DNA from: Stegostoma tigrinum
Lineage: Eukaryota
DNA: 64,000 nucleotides
Assembly: GCF_030684315.1 (NCBI RefSeq)
Contig: NC_081373.1
Location: 42,577,173-42,641,172, forward strand
Direction: 5' to 3'
Part shown: in pieces, positions 1 through 11,506 of the stretch
How positions within the stretch are numbered: position 1 is the stretch's first letter
Layout: each line of letters opens with the position of its first letter
Translations under genes and position numbers: made by a program
The notes under the pieces: model-generated
The model's database searches: none
What the model was told of the DNA's origin: nothing
Seen by the model: the letters and a program-made list of their open reading frames with translations, nothing else

Positions 1-762
1 GTAACACTCATGGTAAGTTACTGCAGCTTTTTTCAAATTACAACAAGATGTTGAGAGAAAACCTATGTGATAAATACTACTCTTGAAAAGTATTTTAATT
101 ATTTTAAAACAAATTATTTAAATATTTTACCTTTTGGATTTTAAGGTGTTCATTTGTTTTTGTTTAAGATGTAAGAATACAACCTTTTGGAAGAAAAAAG
201 CTCATTGACCAATACTTGAAAGGGAATGATGCAAGCTCCTCTTTTCATATTCATTCTTCACCTGACTATCTTTTAAGTCAGTGACACTCCAATTGTTCTA
301 CTGAATGCACACTCTTGAATCTGTCCTTTGTTTGCACTGTATATTAAGCCAAAAATTGGCAATATGTACACTGATTTAAAATTGTATTTAATACTGCGTG
401 TTGCAGGGCCAGAGCAGCAATTGCAATAGATTCCTTCAATCCTATGGAATGTTTATAACCTTTTGAAAGGTTCATACCTTTAAAGATAGTTTTCATTGCC
501 ACCCAAAGTAGCTCAGAGGATCTGATGCTAATCAGTTTCTAACCTTGAAGATTTCTTGAGCTGGCTTGAGTGCCCAAAAACTATTTCCAATTTCTTCCTT
601 GCACTGTATTGTAGGGAAACCCCAGATCACTGCAATTTCAAAGGAGAGACAGCTAAGCCAAGCAGCTATGTTTGGTAATATGAGGAGGCATTGCATGTGT
701 GAATTGTGATTTCTATTGCATTATGCCTTCTCACTTTATTTCTTTTAAAATCAAGTTTTCAG

Positions 763-848
763 ATACCTCTCGCAACTGCAACCTGCTCTTGAGCAGCCAT
801 GTATTTTTGAACACTGAAGTTTGCGCCCACAAATCAGTAACATATTAA
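763..848 (+). other. Possible terminal exon of an unidentified upstream gene
   Basis: Donor-like G|GTAAGT at 12/13. Pyrimidine-rich acceptor ttttcAG ends at 762. Phase-1 join reads DTSRNCNLLLSSHVFLNTEVCAHKSVTY*. AT-rich UTR-like tract follows with AATAAA at 1016 and 1042. Peptide not recognised. Confidence 0.2.
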
Positions 849-1450
849 TAACACAATATGTTTACAACATTTAAATTATTTTAGATGAAGTCAGAACAAC
901 TTTATATAAATGTTTGGTTCCCGCTTTTTAACCACGTCTATTTTTTTATTAACGTGTGCTTTGAAAATTCCAGACAAATGGTCTACTTTGCTTATGGGAA
1001 TCCCTTTATTTGTAAAATAAAAGATTTTATATGTAACTTTTAATAAATATCAGGTAATTCAATAAGCATTTGTGTCATCTTTTAAATTCTCATGTCAACA
1101 TATTGTAAATTTTGATAAGGTCATGTTCATTTCCAAACATTCTTTAAAAAAAACAGTCTATGAATCTGCTGTTTCTGGATAATCATTCAAAATTTATCCA
1201 GAAATAACTAACAGTTAAAGAAATCCAATTTTACTATTTGTGGTCAGGCCTTTTAGCAACATTACTAGCAAAACATGTGATGACTGCAAGTTGCTCATTT
1301 TGCTACTCTGAAATATACATCAAAGATAGTGGAGAAATCAATAACTTTCAGTTGAGCAGGCAAAATGTTTTAATATGACAGTTCTGTACATTACCCAAAT
1401 GAATTTGTTACATTGCAACCAACAATACATTTGGCAAGGCACCTCACTAC

Positions 1451-1452
<2 letters not shown>

Positions 1453-1487
<35 letters not shown>
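1453..1487. repeat. (TG)n microsatellite
   Basis: About 17 perfect TG units, seen directly. Confidence 0.97.
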
Positions 1488-1489
<2 letters not shown>

Positions 1490-1984
1490 AGCGCATTTCC
1501 TTCAGTGTAACTCAGCTAAGTTTTATTTTTCTCATTTTTCAGAGCATGAAGACATTTCTTAAACAATCACTATTATATAATGCTTTGAGCTCAAAAGAAG
1601 CTGGTAAAAAATGATTTTGTAGATTGATCCCTAAGCAACTAACGAGACTGATGTTGATCAACACAAGTGATATTTTACCTCCGAGGTGGTAAGAATAACG
1701 GGGAACATGATGACTCAGGCAAATGTCCAAAATTCAGATTCACAAATATTGATCATAACATTAACTTAAAGCTCCCCTTCCTGAAGTGGCCTGATTTTTG
1801 ATCCAGATTTTGCCATCAGGAGGTAAGAAGGTGATATAAATCTATTTAAGACACCAGCTAGCCCATTAACTTTCCCTTCTCTGTTCTTGCCAATTGAGTT
1901 ACTTGATGCTTCACCACTTGATGTCAGAAATTAAGTGGTTGCCTGTTAGGTTTATTCAGGATCAAATACTGGATGGTCTGAGTA

Positions 1985-2125
1985 AAAACCAAACAGACTG
2001 TGGATGATGTAAATCAGAAACAAAAGCAAGTTGCAGAACTGCTAAGTTTTTCCAGCAGTATCTGAAGAGAAATCAGAGTTAATGTTTTGGATCTGATGAC
2101 CCTTCCTCAGGGTTCTGATTTATTT
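1985..2125. mobile_element. Decayed Penelope-like terminal fragment
   Basis: Resembles the pLTR fragments at 29470 and 31611 (aatcagagttaatgttt...gacccttcctcag). Confidence 0.5.
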
Positions 2126-2714
2126 TCATTGGTTAGTCTGAAACTGTGCTGGCCATTTTTCCTTTATGTTGACCCACTTGAACTGCAGCAAGTGCCTCCA
2201 GGCTCAATGATGATAGTCACTCGACTCCGTCAACAAAACTGGCCACAGCAATGCATTAGCTGCAGGACGTTACATCATCTGTCATCAGGAAGACTCGGGC
2301 ATCACCCTTTTTGGCATTAATGGACATGAACAGTCTGGCATTCCCTAACATCTGGCCATTGCTTTAGCACATACAAGAGGTATTTAAATAGAGCTGGTAC
2401 ACTATTACAGGAGGAGGAGAAGGCAGGAAGCTTGTTGCTTTAGGAAACACTGTCAAAGATGTGTAAAAGTTCTAAATTTGGAAGATTTGCTGTGCAGTTT
2501 GCCCTACATCAATACCAGAGATGCTGACCAGTAATTTATCTCAATTAAGTTTTAATTGAAGAAATGTTTTAAAAATCAGGTAACTTCATTAAAGCTGGTT
2601 TATATTTAACAAGTCTGTAGTTTAAAAATGCGAGTGAAATTCTACGTTTTGGATAATATCAAGTCACATAAAAGGTGCATAGCTGGTCTTTAGCCTTCTC
2701 AGATGAGGCGTACA

Positions 2715-3067
2715 GGATAATGAGAGGCATGGATGGAGTTGATAGCCAGAGACTTTTCCCCAGGGCAGGATGAACTGCCACAAGGGGTCAGAGTTTTAAG
2801 GTGTTAGGAGGAAGGTATAGAGGAGACGTCAGAGGGAGGTTCTTCACCCAGAGAGTTGCGAGCGCATGGAATAGTTTGCCAGTGGTAGTTGTGGAAGCAG
2901 AGCCATTAGTGACATTTAAGCTACTGCTGAACATGCACATGGACAGCAGTGAGTTGAGAGGAATGTAGGTTAGGTTATTTTATTTTTGGTTCACGATTAT
3001 TCCACGGCACAACATCGTGGGCCGAAGGGCCTGTACTGTGCTGTACTTTTCTATGTTCTATGTTCTA
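2715..3067 (+). mobile_element. CR1 (HER1-like) LINE 3' end, young subfamily
   Basis: End of ORF2 (RGDVRGRFFTQRV-like), 3'UTR with gggccgaagggcctgt, and (ctatgtt)n tail. Closely similar to 8835-9368 in opposite orientation. Confidence 0.9.
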
Positions 3068-3729
3068 AAGATGAAACCAAGCATTGATATGAATTATGTT
3101 ACACAGAAAGCAATTAACAACAAAATGACTTTCAGTGGACATTACATGTAGTCAAAGTCCACTGAAAGCAAAAATAAATTGGCCAATTCTGAAATTGCTC
3201 AAGTGGGGTCTGCGATGAAGTATTGATTTTTTAAATCATGTTATGCAAGTAATGACTTTAAGTGACATATTTTCTAGCTACTTCCAAAGCCAGAATCTGA
3301 AACATTTGATGTCAACGAAGCAACTTGAGAAACCTATAGTATTATATCAGACTGATACCTGATTGAAGCTGTAAAAGACATTTGTATGTTTAGATTTCAC
3401 ACAATGCCAATATTTACTTGATTTTATTGGGTTAATTAGTTAGTTAATTGTCTAATCAAGAACTAAACCAAAATATTCTACACAAAAGAAAGCTATATAT
3501 GCCATTATGTCACACTATGCCAGCTGCTGGACAAAAATTTGTGCCAACGAAGTTTGGGTGTCAATTCAGGTGCCCTCAAGGTTACAGTTGTCTTTAATTA
3601 TTTACCACCTGCTCATTTAGTGGAGCAACTGGAGACTTTGGACGCATCTCCTAATTGTCAGTAAGTGTATTCAGATTAACTGATCAAAGTCCACTTACTC
3701 ATTTCTTTTTCTCCTTGATGCCACCATAC

Positions 3730-4770
3730 AGTCATAGAGTTGTACAGTACAGAAAGAGACCCTTTGGTCCACCTTGTCCATGCTGACCAGACATGGCAAA
3801 TTAATTTAGTCCCATTTGTGAGCATGTGGCCCATATCCCTCTAAACCTTTCCTATTCATGTACCCATCCAGATACCTTTTAACTGTTGCAATGGTACGGC
3901 CATTGCCACTTCCTCTGGCAGTTCACTCCATACATATAACGCTATCTGCTTGAAAAAGGTGCCCCCTAGATCCCTTTTATATCTTTTCCTTTCACCTTGT
4001 ATGTATGCACTCTAGTTTTAGACTTCCCTAACTTGGGAAAAAGTCTTTGATTATTCACCTTATCCATGCCCCTCATGATTTTATAAACTTGTATGATATC
4101 ATCCCTCAGCCTCTGATGTTCCAGGGGAAAATAGCCCCAGTGTATACAGCCTCTCCCTGTAGCTCAAACCCTCCAACACTGCAAAGCCTTGCAAATCTTT
4201 TCTGTGCCCTTTGAGGTTTTCCTACATCTTTCCTACAGAAGGGAGACCAGAATTCAATGCAGAATTCCAAAAATGGCCGAACCAATATCCTGTAGCAGCA
4301 ACATGATCTCCCAACTCCTACACTCAATACACCGACCAATAAAGGCCAGTAGACCAAATACCTTGTTCACTGCCCTATCTACCTGTGACTCCACCTTCAC
4401 GGAACTATGAACCTGCACCCTAGTTATTTTTGTTTAGTAACACTCCCCAGAGCCCTACCATTAAGTGTATAAATCTTACCCTGATTTGCATTACCAAAAT
4501 ACGACACCTCACATTCATCTTGATTAAACTCCATCTGCCTCTCCTCAGCCCATCTGCCCATCTGATCAAGGTCCCATTGTACCCTGAGGTAACCTTCACT
4601 GACGACTACACCATCAATTTTGGTGACATCTGCAAACTTACTCACCATTCCTCTTACATTTACATTCAAATCATTCATATAAATGACAAAAAGCTGTGCA
4701 ACATGCTATTGGTCACAGGCCTTCAGTCTGAAAAATAACCCTCCACCACCACCCTCTGTCTCCTACCCAG
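3730..4770 (-). mobile_element. CR1 LINE, 3' part of ORF2 (RT)
   Basis: ORFs 4424-4678 (NDLNVNVRGMVSKFADVTKI, degenerate FADDTK motif) and 4106-4357 (VRPFLEFCIEFWSP). Confidence 0.92.
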
Positions 4771-5564
4771 TTAAACAGCTAAGGCATGAGGATTCTCAGA
4801 CATCACTACCTACCAACAGATGCAACGTGCTTTGCCAATGCCACATAGCTCTAAGAATACCCCATCACAAACCAAAAGTGTCCATGAACTGAGAAGGATT
4901 CCAATCCCTTCATGTTAAACTGATTATAAAACCATAATTTTTGGTCTGTATTGGGATATCCAGGTAGCTGCCATGAATTGTACATTGTTGGAGCATTCAC
5001 AAATACCACCCTTTTTTCAAGAGGATACAGGATGGTTGCACGGGACAAGACTATCTTCTCCAAAACTGGTTAATGTCCCCTCTCATAAACCCTCAGACTT
5101 TTGCAAAGCGAAGTTATAACACTGCCTACACTTTGACCAGGGCCATTGTAAAACACCATAGAACTCCTGAAGATCCAGCCATGCGTTTCATCATTCTTGT
5201 ATGCTTTGCTAACCAGATTTGATTCACCAAAGGGCTAATATGTATATGAGGAGGATGTACAGAAGAGGCAGCATAAAAATGTGGGTGAGGATCCTGATCT
5301 GACCCATGTGGAGTATTGAAGAGAGGAAGACAGGTAATGGTCAGCACAGGCTGAGAGGCCAGAAGCAACACAATAGCCAGCCATTTCCAGCTTTACTGAC
5401 CTGTTGGAGACTTTCCATTTCCATAGTAAATCAAAGAATAGAGTCAAGGCAATTGAGTAATGTTTTGATATTGGAAATGATAAATAGTCCAAGACAGGGA
5501 GGAATTGAAAGTATCAATCCTAGAGCAAATAACAGATGGAGCTAGAGTCAAAGTAACAAAAGCA

Positions 5565-6590
5565 CAGACTAAAGGTTTTGTAACTGAATGCCTGCAGCAT
5601 TCAAATCAAAACAAATGAACTAATAGTACAAAGCAAAATATGTATGATTTGATATCTGTTACATGACTGCAGATAACATGGATCGAGACTAGAATATTGA
5701 AGGTACATCAGATATAGAAAAGACGAGGAAGCTGGAAAAAGGTGGAGGAAAGGTTTTCTTAATTAATGGTAAAGTATAATAAAAAGGCTTGACCTAAATT
5801 CAAAAAATCAGAATGTGAGGTGGAGTGAGTAAAGATGAGAAATGATAAAGGCACAAAATCATTTGCGGAAGGCGCATACAGGTTTTCTGACGGTAACCGA
5901 ATGTAGGTTGGAGAATAAAATAAGAGATAAGTGTCAGAAAGTTACAGCAATAATGATGGGGATTTTAGTCCAAATAAGACTGGAAAAGACAACTTAGATA
6001 GAGAGTTCATTGAATATTTTTGAGGAAGTTTCTTTGAACAGCATGTTTTGGATCCAAGTAGAGGGTAGCTAATGCCAGATCTGGTTTTGTGTGATGGGAA
6101 TAGGACTAATTAATGATCTCACAATGAAAGTGCCCTAGTTGGTAGTGATCATAATTTGATTGATTTTTGCATTCAGTTGGAAAGAAGTGTAGGTCCAAGA
6201 CTTCTCTCCTTTAAACTTAAATGAGAGCAATCATGAGGGCATTGAAACAGAGCTAGTTAAACTGAATCGACAAATTCAGATAAAGGATGGGTCAACAGTG
6301 GTGAAGTGGCAGTGGGAATATTTCGATAGAGGCAGAATAGATTCATTCCAACAAAAAAGAAAATTTCCAAGGGGTGAACCCATTATCCATAGTTAACTGA
6401 GAACTTATGTAATGACTAAACATTTGAGAGAGAAGTGAAAAGAGTATGAGAGAAAGCTAGCAAGTAGTATAAAAAGAAACATAAGAGTTTCTATAAGTAT
6501 TTTTAAATATGGTACCCCTGAGGTGTTGGTCCTATATGGAATGAACTTTGCGAATTAACATAGGTAATAAATGAGATGGCAGAGCACGAC
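5565..6590 (+). mobile_element. Old CR1 LINE fragment (APE endonuclease region)
   Basis: Degenerate LNARSI / MGDF / DLVL / SDHN motifs, broken by stops and frameshifts. Confidence 0.7.
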
Positions 6591-6959
6591 ACAATATGTA
6601 GAAGTAAACATGTGAATTGTCTTTTGTCAATTGGCCATTTTACTGACTAAAATGTTACAATGTTTCTTTGAAAAGGGAAGAAATAGGACAAACCTTACTT
6701 GTGTTCAATGTATGGAAGCATCACACATACCACCATCTCTCACATATTGTGAATTTGAGACATTAACTAAATAGACATCCCAGGCCTTGACTCTTGTCCT
6801 GTAGTCTACCTTTAGCCTCAGTGTTCTCTAGGTAGATCAGCAGCGACTTGGCTCTGCATCCCAGATTATAGGTGCATGTTCTCATGATAGTTTAGGCGTT
6901 TACATGATAGAGACATCACAAAAGTGAGTACATGATGGACTCCTCCATTTTTCATTTCA

Positions 6960-7195
6960 ACCAGTAAAAGGGTATTGGTTAGGTTTTCTTGTTGGAGATG
7001 GTCAATGCCTGGCACTTACATGGCATGAATGTTATTTGCCACTTGTCAGATCAATAGTGTCCAGATCTTGCTGCTTCTGGACTGCTTCAGTGTCTGAGGA
7101 GTTGCAAATTGTGCTGAACACCATGCAGTCATCGGTCAACATTGCCACATCTGACCTTAAGATGTAGGGAAGATCGTTGATGAAGCACCTGAAGA
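6960..7195 (-). mobile_element. CR1-like LINE RT fragment
   Basis: Reverse complement resembles the RT region at 60880-61130. Confidence 0.65.
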
Positions 7196-8275
7196 CTTTT
7201 TATTGCAAAGGTATATTTTAATCATAAAAAACCTTTATGTCCATACACAGGTACTAAAGCAGTTTTGTATACTCTTTGCAAGAAAAGCAAACAATGAGAC
7301 TTGGCATTCCCTGCAGTTGCAAAACCAAAGTGTTTCTTACTTGGGCAGGACATTATTTACATAGATTGAGGCAATGAGAAGGTTTGATAACTGGATGGAT
7401 CCCCTTGTACTTCAGCAGAAAGACTTTTAATGGTGATCCTTTCCCATTGTCTATGGGCAGCAGTTGCCCCAAACCTTAGTCCATCCCTCACCATATTGTC
7501 TTGTATATTGGAATGTGCCAGCCTGCAACACTCCGTCTGACATGATCAACTTTTTTTACTGAAAGACCAACAAGATTCAGTCAGAGCAAAGAGTAACTTT
7601 TTTTGAATTGATGGTCCTCCAGGTGCAGTTAGTATTTGTCTCAGTATGCATCCCAGGGAACATCCTTTACAGCACAGAATCCTACAGTGTGGAAGCAAAC
7701 CATTTGGCCCATCAAATCCACACCAGCCCTCAAAGAGCATCACACCCAGAACCAATCCCTACCTTATCCCTGTATTTCCCATGGCCAATGCACCTAACCA
7801 GTACATGTTTGGATGTTGGATGTAACCAGAGTGCCTGGAAGAAACCCAAGCAGACACATTGAAAATGTGCAAACTGCAAAATGGCAGTCACCTGAGGTTG
7901 GAATCAATCCTGGACCCCTGGTGCTGTGAGGCAGCAGTTCTAGCCTCTGAGCCACCGCACTGTGCTATAGTCCTGCATCATTAAGCTGCTTGGGAAGAAC
8001 CTCAACAAAAGCCATCACATCTCTCTCCAGACCATCTTTGAAAAAGTACATTCCAGAAGGAGATGTGCAACAGTCTCTTCCCCTCTGCAGCCACTTCAAA
8101 GGCAGTGTGTGGTGGTGGAGAGAGTCTGGGTGTACATGAGGGATCTCAGGTGGGGACCTTCTCACCACCAGCCAAATGATGTCTTGGTGTTTATTGGAAA
8201 GTTTTTGATGAAGCAGCTGCAGAAACGTCCTGGAGCTGAGATGACTGACCTCCAACAACCACCTTCCTAATCATG
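7196..8275 (-). mobile_element. L1/Tx1-like LINE 3' fragment interrupted by a SINE
   Basis: Minus strand encodes degenerate EETVAHLLLECTFSKMVWRE (zf-RVT-like) and ECCRLAHS...GLRFGATAA (Tx1 ORF2 C-terminus-like), followed by a 3'UTR. Confidence 0.65.
7674..7962 (-). mobile_element. tRNA-derived SINE (HE1/V-SINE-like)
   Basis: Minus strand has box A/B-like head (gtggctcagaggctag...ggattgattcc), V-domain-like core and CR1-type tail. Confidence 0.85.
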
Positions 8276-8834
8276 AGTACGAATGCAGTGTAAAAATAGC
8301 AGAGCCAGAAAAAAAGTAAAGAAGCAAAGAAACTGCTGTATTTATCTCTGGTGGGAGGAAAACAGCATGAAACTTTATTTGTCCCCATCTTTATTTAGTT
8401 TTGTACTAATTACATTTCCATGCAGTGGCAACATCTGTCGTATATATACCAACGTGTATCAGCTCTCTATTACAAATAATGAATCATATTTTTATGGACA
8501 TATTTAGAATTTAATAAACTGTTGTTGGGATACACTTTGCCAACTATTTTTACAATGTTTAATGAAGCCTCTGTATTGGGTTAGCAAAGAAAGTGTGAAT
8601 GTTTACAATGCAGTTGAGCATGAGAAATGATGGTGTAATTCCAGTGCAGGATCAGATAATATAGCCCACCAAGTCCAAACAGACTTTCTTTGAGGTATTC
8701 CAGTTAGTCCCATTGCCTCATATTGCTGCAAGTTTACTTCCCTCAAGCATCTACCATAGGCTCCCTCGCACTCTGACAATGCACTGCAACAATTATCTTC
8801 TCCTCCCCACACGAGGCACAGCCCTAGGTTTTAT

Positions 8835-9368
8835 AGAACATAGAACATAGAAAAGTACAGCACAGTACAGTCCCTTCGGTCCACGATGTTGTGCCGTGGA
8901 ATAATCCTAATCCAAAAATGAAATAACCTAACCTACATTCCCCTCAATTCACTGCTGTCCATGTGCATGCCCAGCAGTCGCTTAAATGTCACTAATGACT
9001 CCGCTTCCATGACTACCACTGGCAAACTATTCCATGCGCTCACAACTCTCTGGGTGAAGAACCTCCCTCTGACGTCTCCTCTATACCTTCCTCCCAACAC
9101 CTTAAAACTATGACCCCTCCTGGCAGTCAATCCTGCCCTGGGGAAAAGTCTCTGGCTATCGACTCTATCCATGCCTCTCATTACCCTGTACACCTTGACC
9201 AGGTCACCTCTCTTCCTCCTTCTCTCCAGAGAGAAAAGTCTGAGCTCAGTCAACCTCTTCTCGTAAGACAAGCCCTCCAGTTCAGGCAGCATCCTGGTAA
9301 ACCTCCTTTGCACCCTCTCCAAAGTCTCCACATCTTTCCTATAATAGGGTGACCAGAACTGGACACAA
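8835..9368 (-). mobile_element. CR1 LINE 3' end, young subfamily
   Basis: ORF 8933-9469 contains CVQFWSPYYRKDVETLERVQRRFTRMLP...RGDL, uninterrupted; (ctatgtt)n tail. Confidence 0.95.
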
Positions 9369-11434
9369 TGGATAAAGTTTCTAAAGGAATTAATGTTCCT
9401 GTTACATTGGGCTCTACCCATTCTGTCAATGTCGCACACTGTCTGAGGTGGAGACAGAGAGTCGTACACCAGGCTTCACAGTGAGCAGAGTAATTGACCG
9501 AGCTCCTCAATGTCCTAGTAATTATGCCTGACTGATAATATAGTTGTACTTAATGCTATTGACTAAAAACTGTGCCTCTTCTGTAAAGACTATAAGGAGT
9601 ATGTCTATACAACAGATGGTTAGACATATCCTAGACAAAGTGCAGACAAAGGAGGATTAGTGTCAGCAAACTGCCTCAAACTACTTACATTTGCTCTGAT
9701 CAAATTCCAGGCACAGTTCCAATTCGTTACGATTCCAGATGGGATACCCTGAACTGTTCAGCTCCCAGCTGAAGGGGAATTAGCTAATTCTCAATTTGAC
9801 CAGGTTTTCTTAAATTTATAAATTGTGAATTCATAAATCACCAAATGTGAGTAGAAATACTAATATAACATGTGCACACACATTAGAAATTAAAGATGAA
9901 TCTAAAAAGATTAAAGCTAAAAATATTATAAGATTATTGCATGAACTGTTCATGAAGAGCAGAGAGGTTACCATTACAATAGTTGCAGTAGAAGTTATGG
10001 TAACATTGATATTACTAACTGAAATATCAATTTTTGAGGATCTCGCTTTTGTAGGCTGTTGGAACTTCCTTTGTCTTTTTTAACTGGTTTGTGGTACTCA
10101 GATTGATAGGCAGTCTTTACCTGCAGCACGGGAATAACTAGGAGAGAGATATTTGACTGTGACTGTTGGAGAATGGTTGAACCTAGGATGTTGAACATGA
10201 GAATGTCCAGTCACACTGCAACACTCCAGTAGAAATGTAACTGCTATTTTTTAAACTTCTTGCCCTGTGTATTCTTCCAGGGGAAAAACACAAAATGCGT
10301 CTACATTTTGTAACATAAATCACATTGTCTAAATTTCTCTTTGCCTCTGTAGGTATTAAGCTCTGTGGATCTCTCTCCCTAGACAGCCATTCAATTTACA
10401 ACTGCAGCAATTCTCGCCTGCATCAGCTACCTTTTAGAAGATGCATCTTGCAATTACAAATTAAAACTATCCACAGTAATTTTGGGGTTCTAACTTGTTG
10501 CCATGGCACTCTGAACCACATATCACATGGCAGATACCACAGGGGATAGTAGTGGCAATCATGGTAATACTGCACTCTGTAGCATACAAAATGGGCTGAC
10601 CCCATCCATCTCCCCTCAAACAAACCCTATTTAAGTGCTTCTGACCCTGTGAAATGAATTAGGTTAAGGGATAACTAAAGGATGGCTGGAAGTACAATCC
10701 TGCAGAAGACAGGGATCTGTGGGACCTTGGAAATGTATCAGCTTCGTAAAGTTCTGTGTAAAAATAGAGCAGGCAAAAACATGGCAAATACTTATGGAAA
10801 AATTCTAAACCCCTGCAAAATTTGGGTCAGAGCCCCTCAAGGTTCTGTCTGTCTGGTTATTTCTGGGACATAGGTGTGTTTCTCCACCCTCTCCCATTCC
10901 GACTATAATGTTGATATTGACATTATGATATCCATAAACATTTATCTATAAACTTGCAGGCAGATTAGCCTGGGCACCATCATCTGCAGTCTGCACTTGT
11001 GATATTTATCCTGCTGGCATGTAATAAAAAAGTGTGGCAATGTTTTCTGTGAGCTGGGCTGCCCTGTTAATTTTTTATTCAACACATATGGGAAGTGACA
11101 AGAAGATGCCGTTGCTCGGTTAGACTATACATTGCAGGCAAGAACTGATCAAATTCACACGCAAGGGAGAAACACCTTTTGGAGGATGGCAGATCACTGT
11201 CCTGGTTATCCATTAGCCACACAATGTCAACAGGTTTAAACTATCTTTACACAACTGTCTGCTCCCATTATAGAAATTCATCAAATGCTGAGCAGCTTTT
11301 GACAAACCTGAGAGAAAAAATAGGAGGGGAGTAATGGTGCCAGGCTGACTCTAAATATGCCTGGCAGTAAGAGTTAATTTCACAGGACAGGTTATTAATG
11401 TGACACCCAGGCTAGGGACTAGCTGACAGCGATA

Positions 11435-11506
11435 CATCAACATGTCAAGTTAACCAGAGGTACCTGAATATAGACAGGTACCTCTGGTTAACTTGACATG
11501 TTGATG
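11435..11506. repeat. Perfect 32-bp inverted repeat with 8-nt loop
   Basis: CATCAACATGTCAAGTTAACCAGAGGTACCTG (11435-11466), loop AATATAGA, exact reverse complement at 11475-11506. Confidence 0.97.

Noticed and set aside
1-1100. Assignment of the upstream exon candidate to CEP55, the expected syntenic neighbour
   Set aside because: No frame resembles the CEP55 C-terminal zinc-finger motif, so it is left unnamed.
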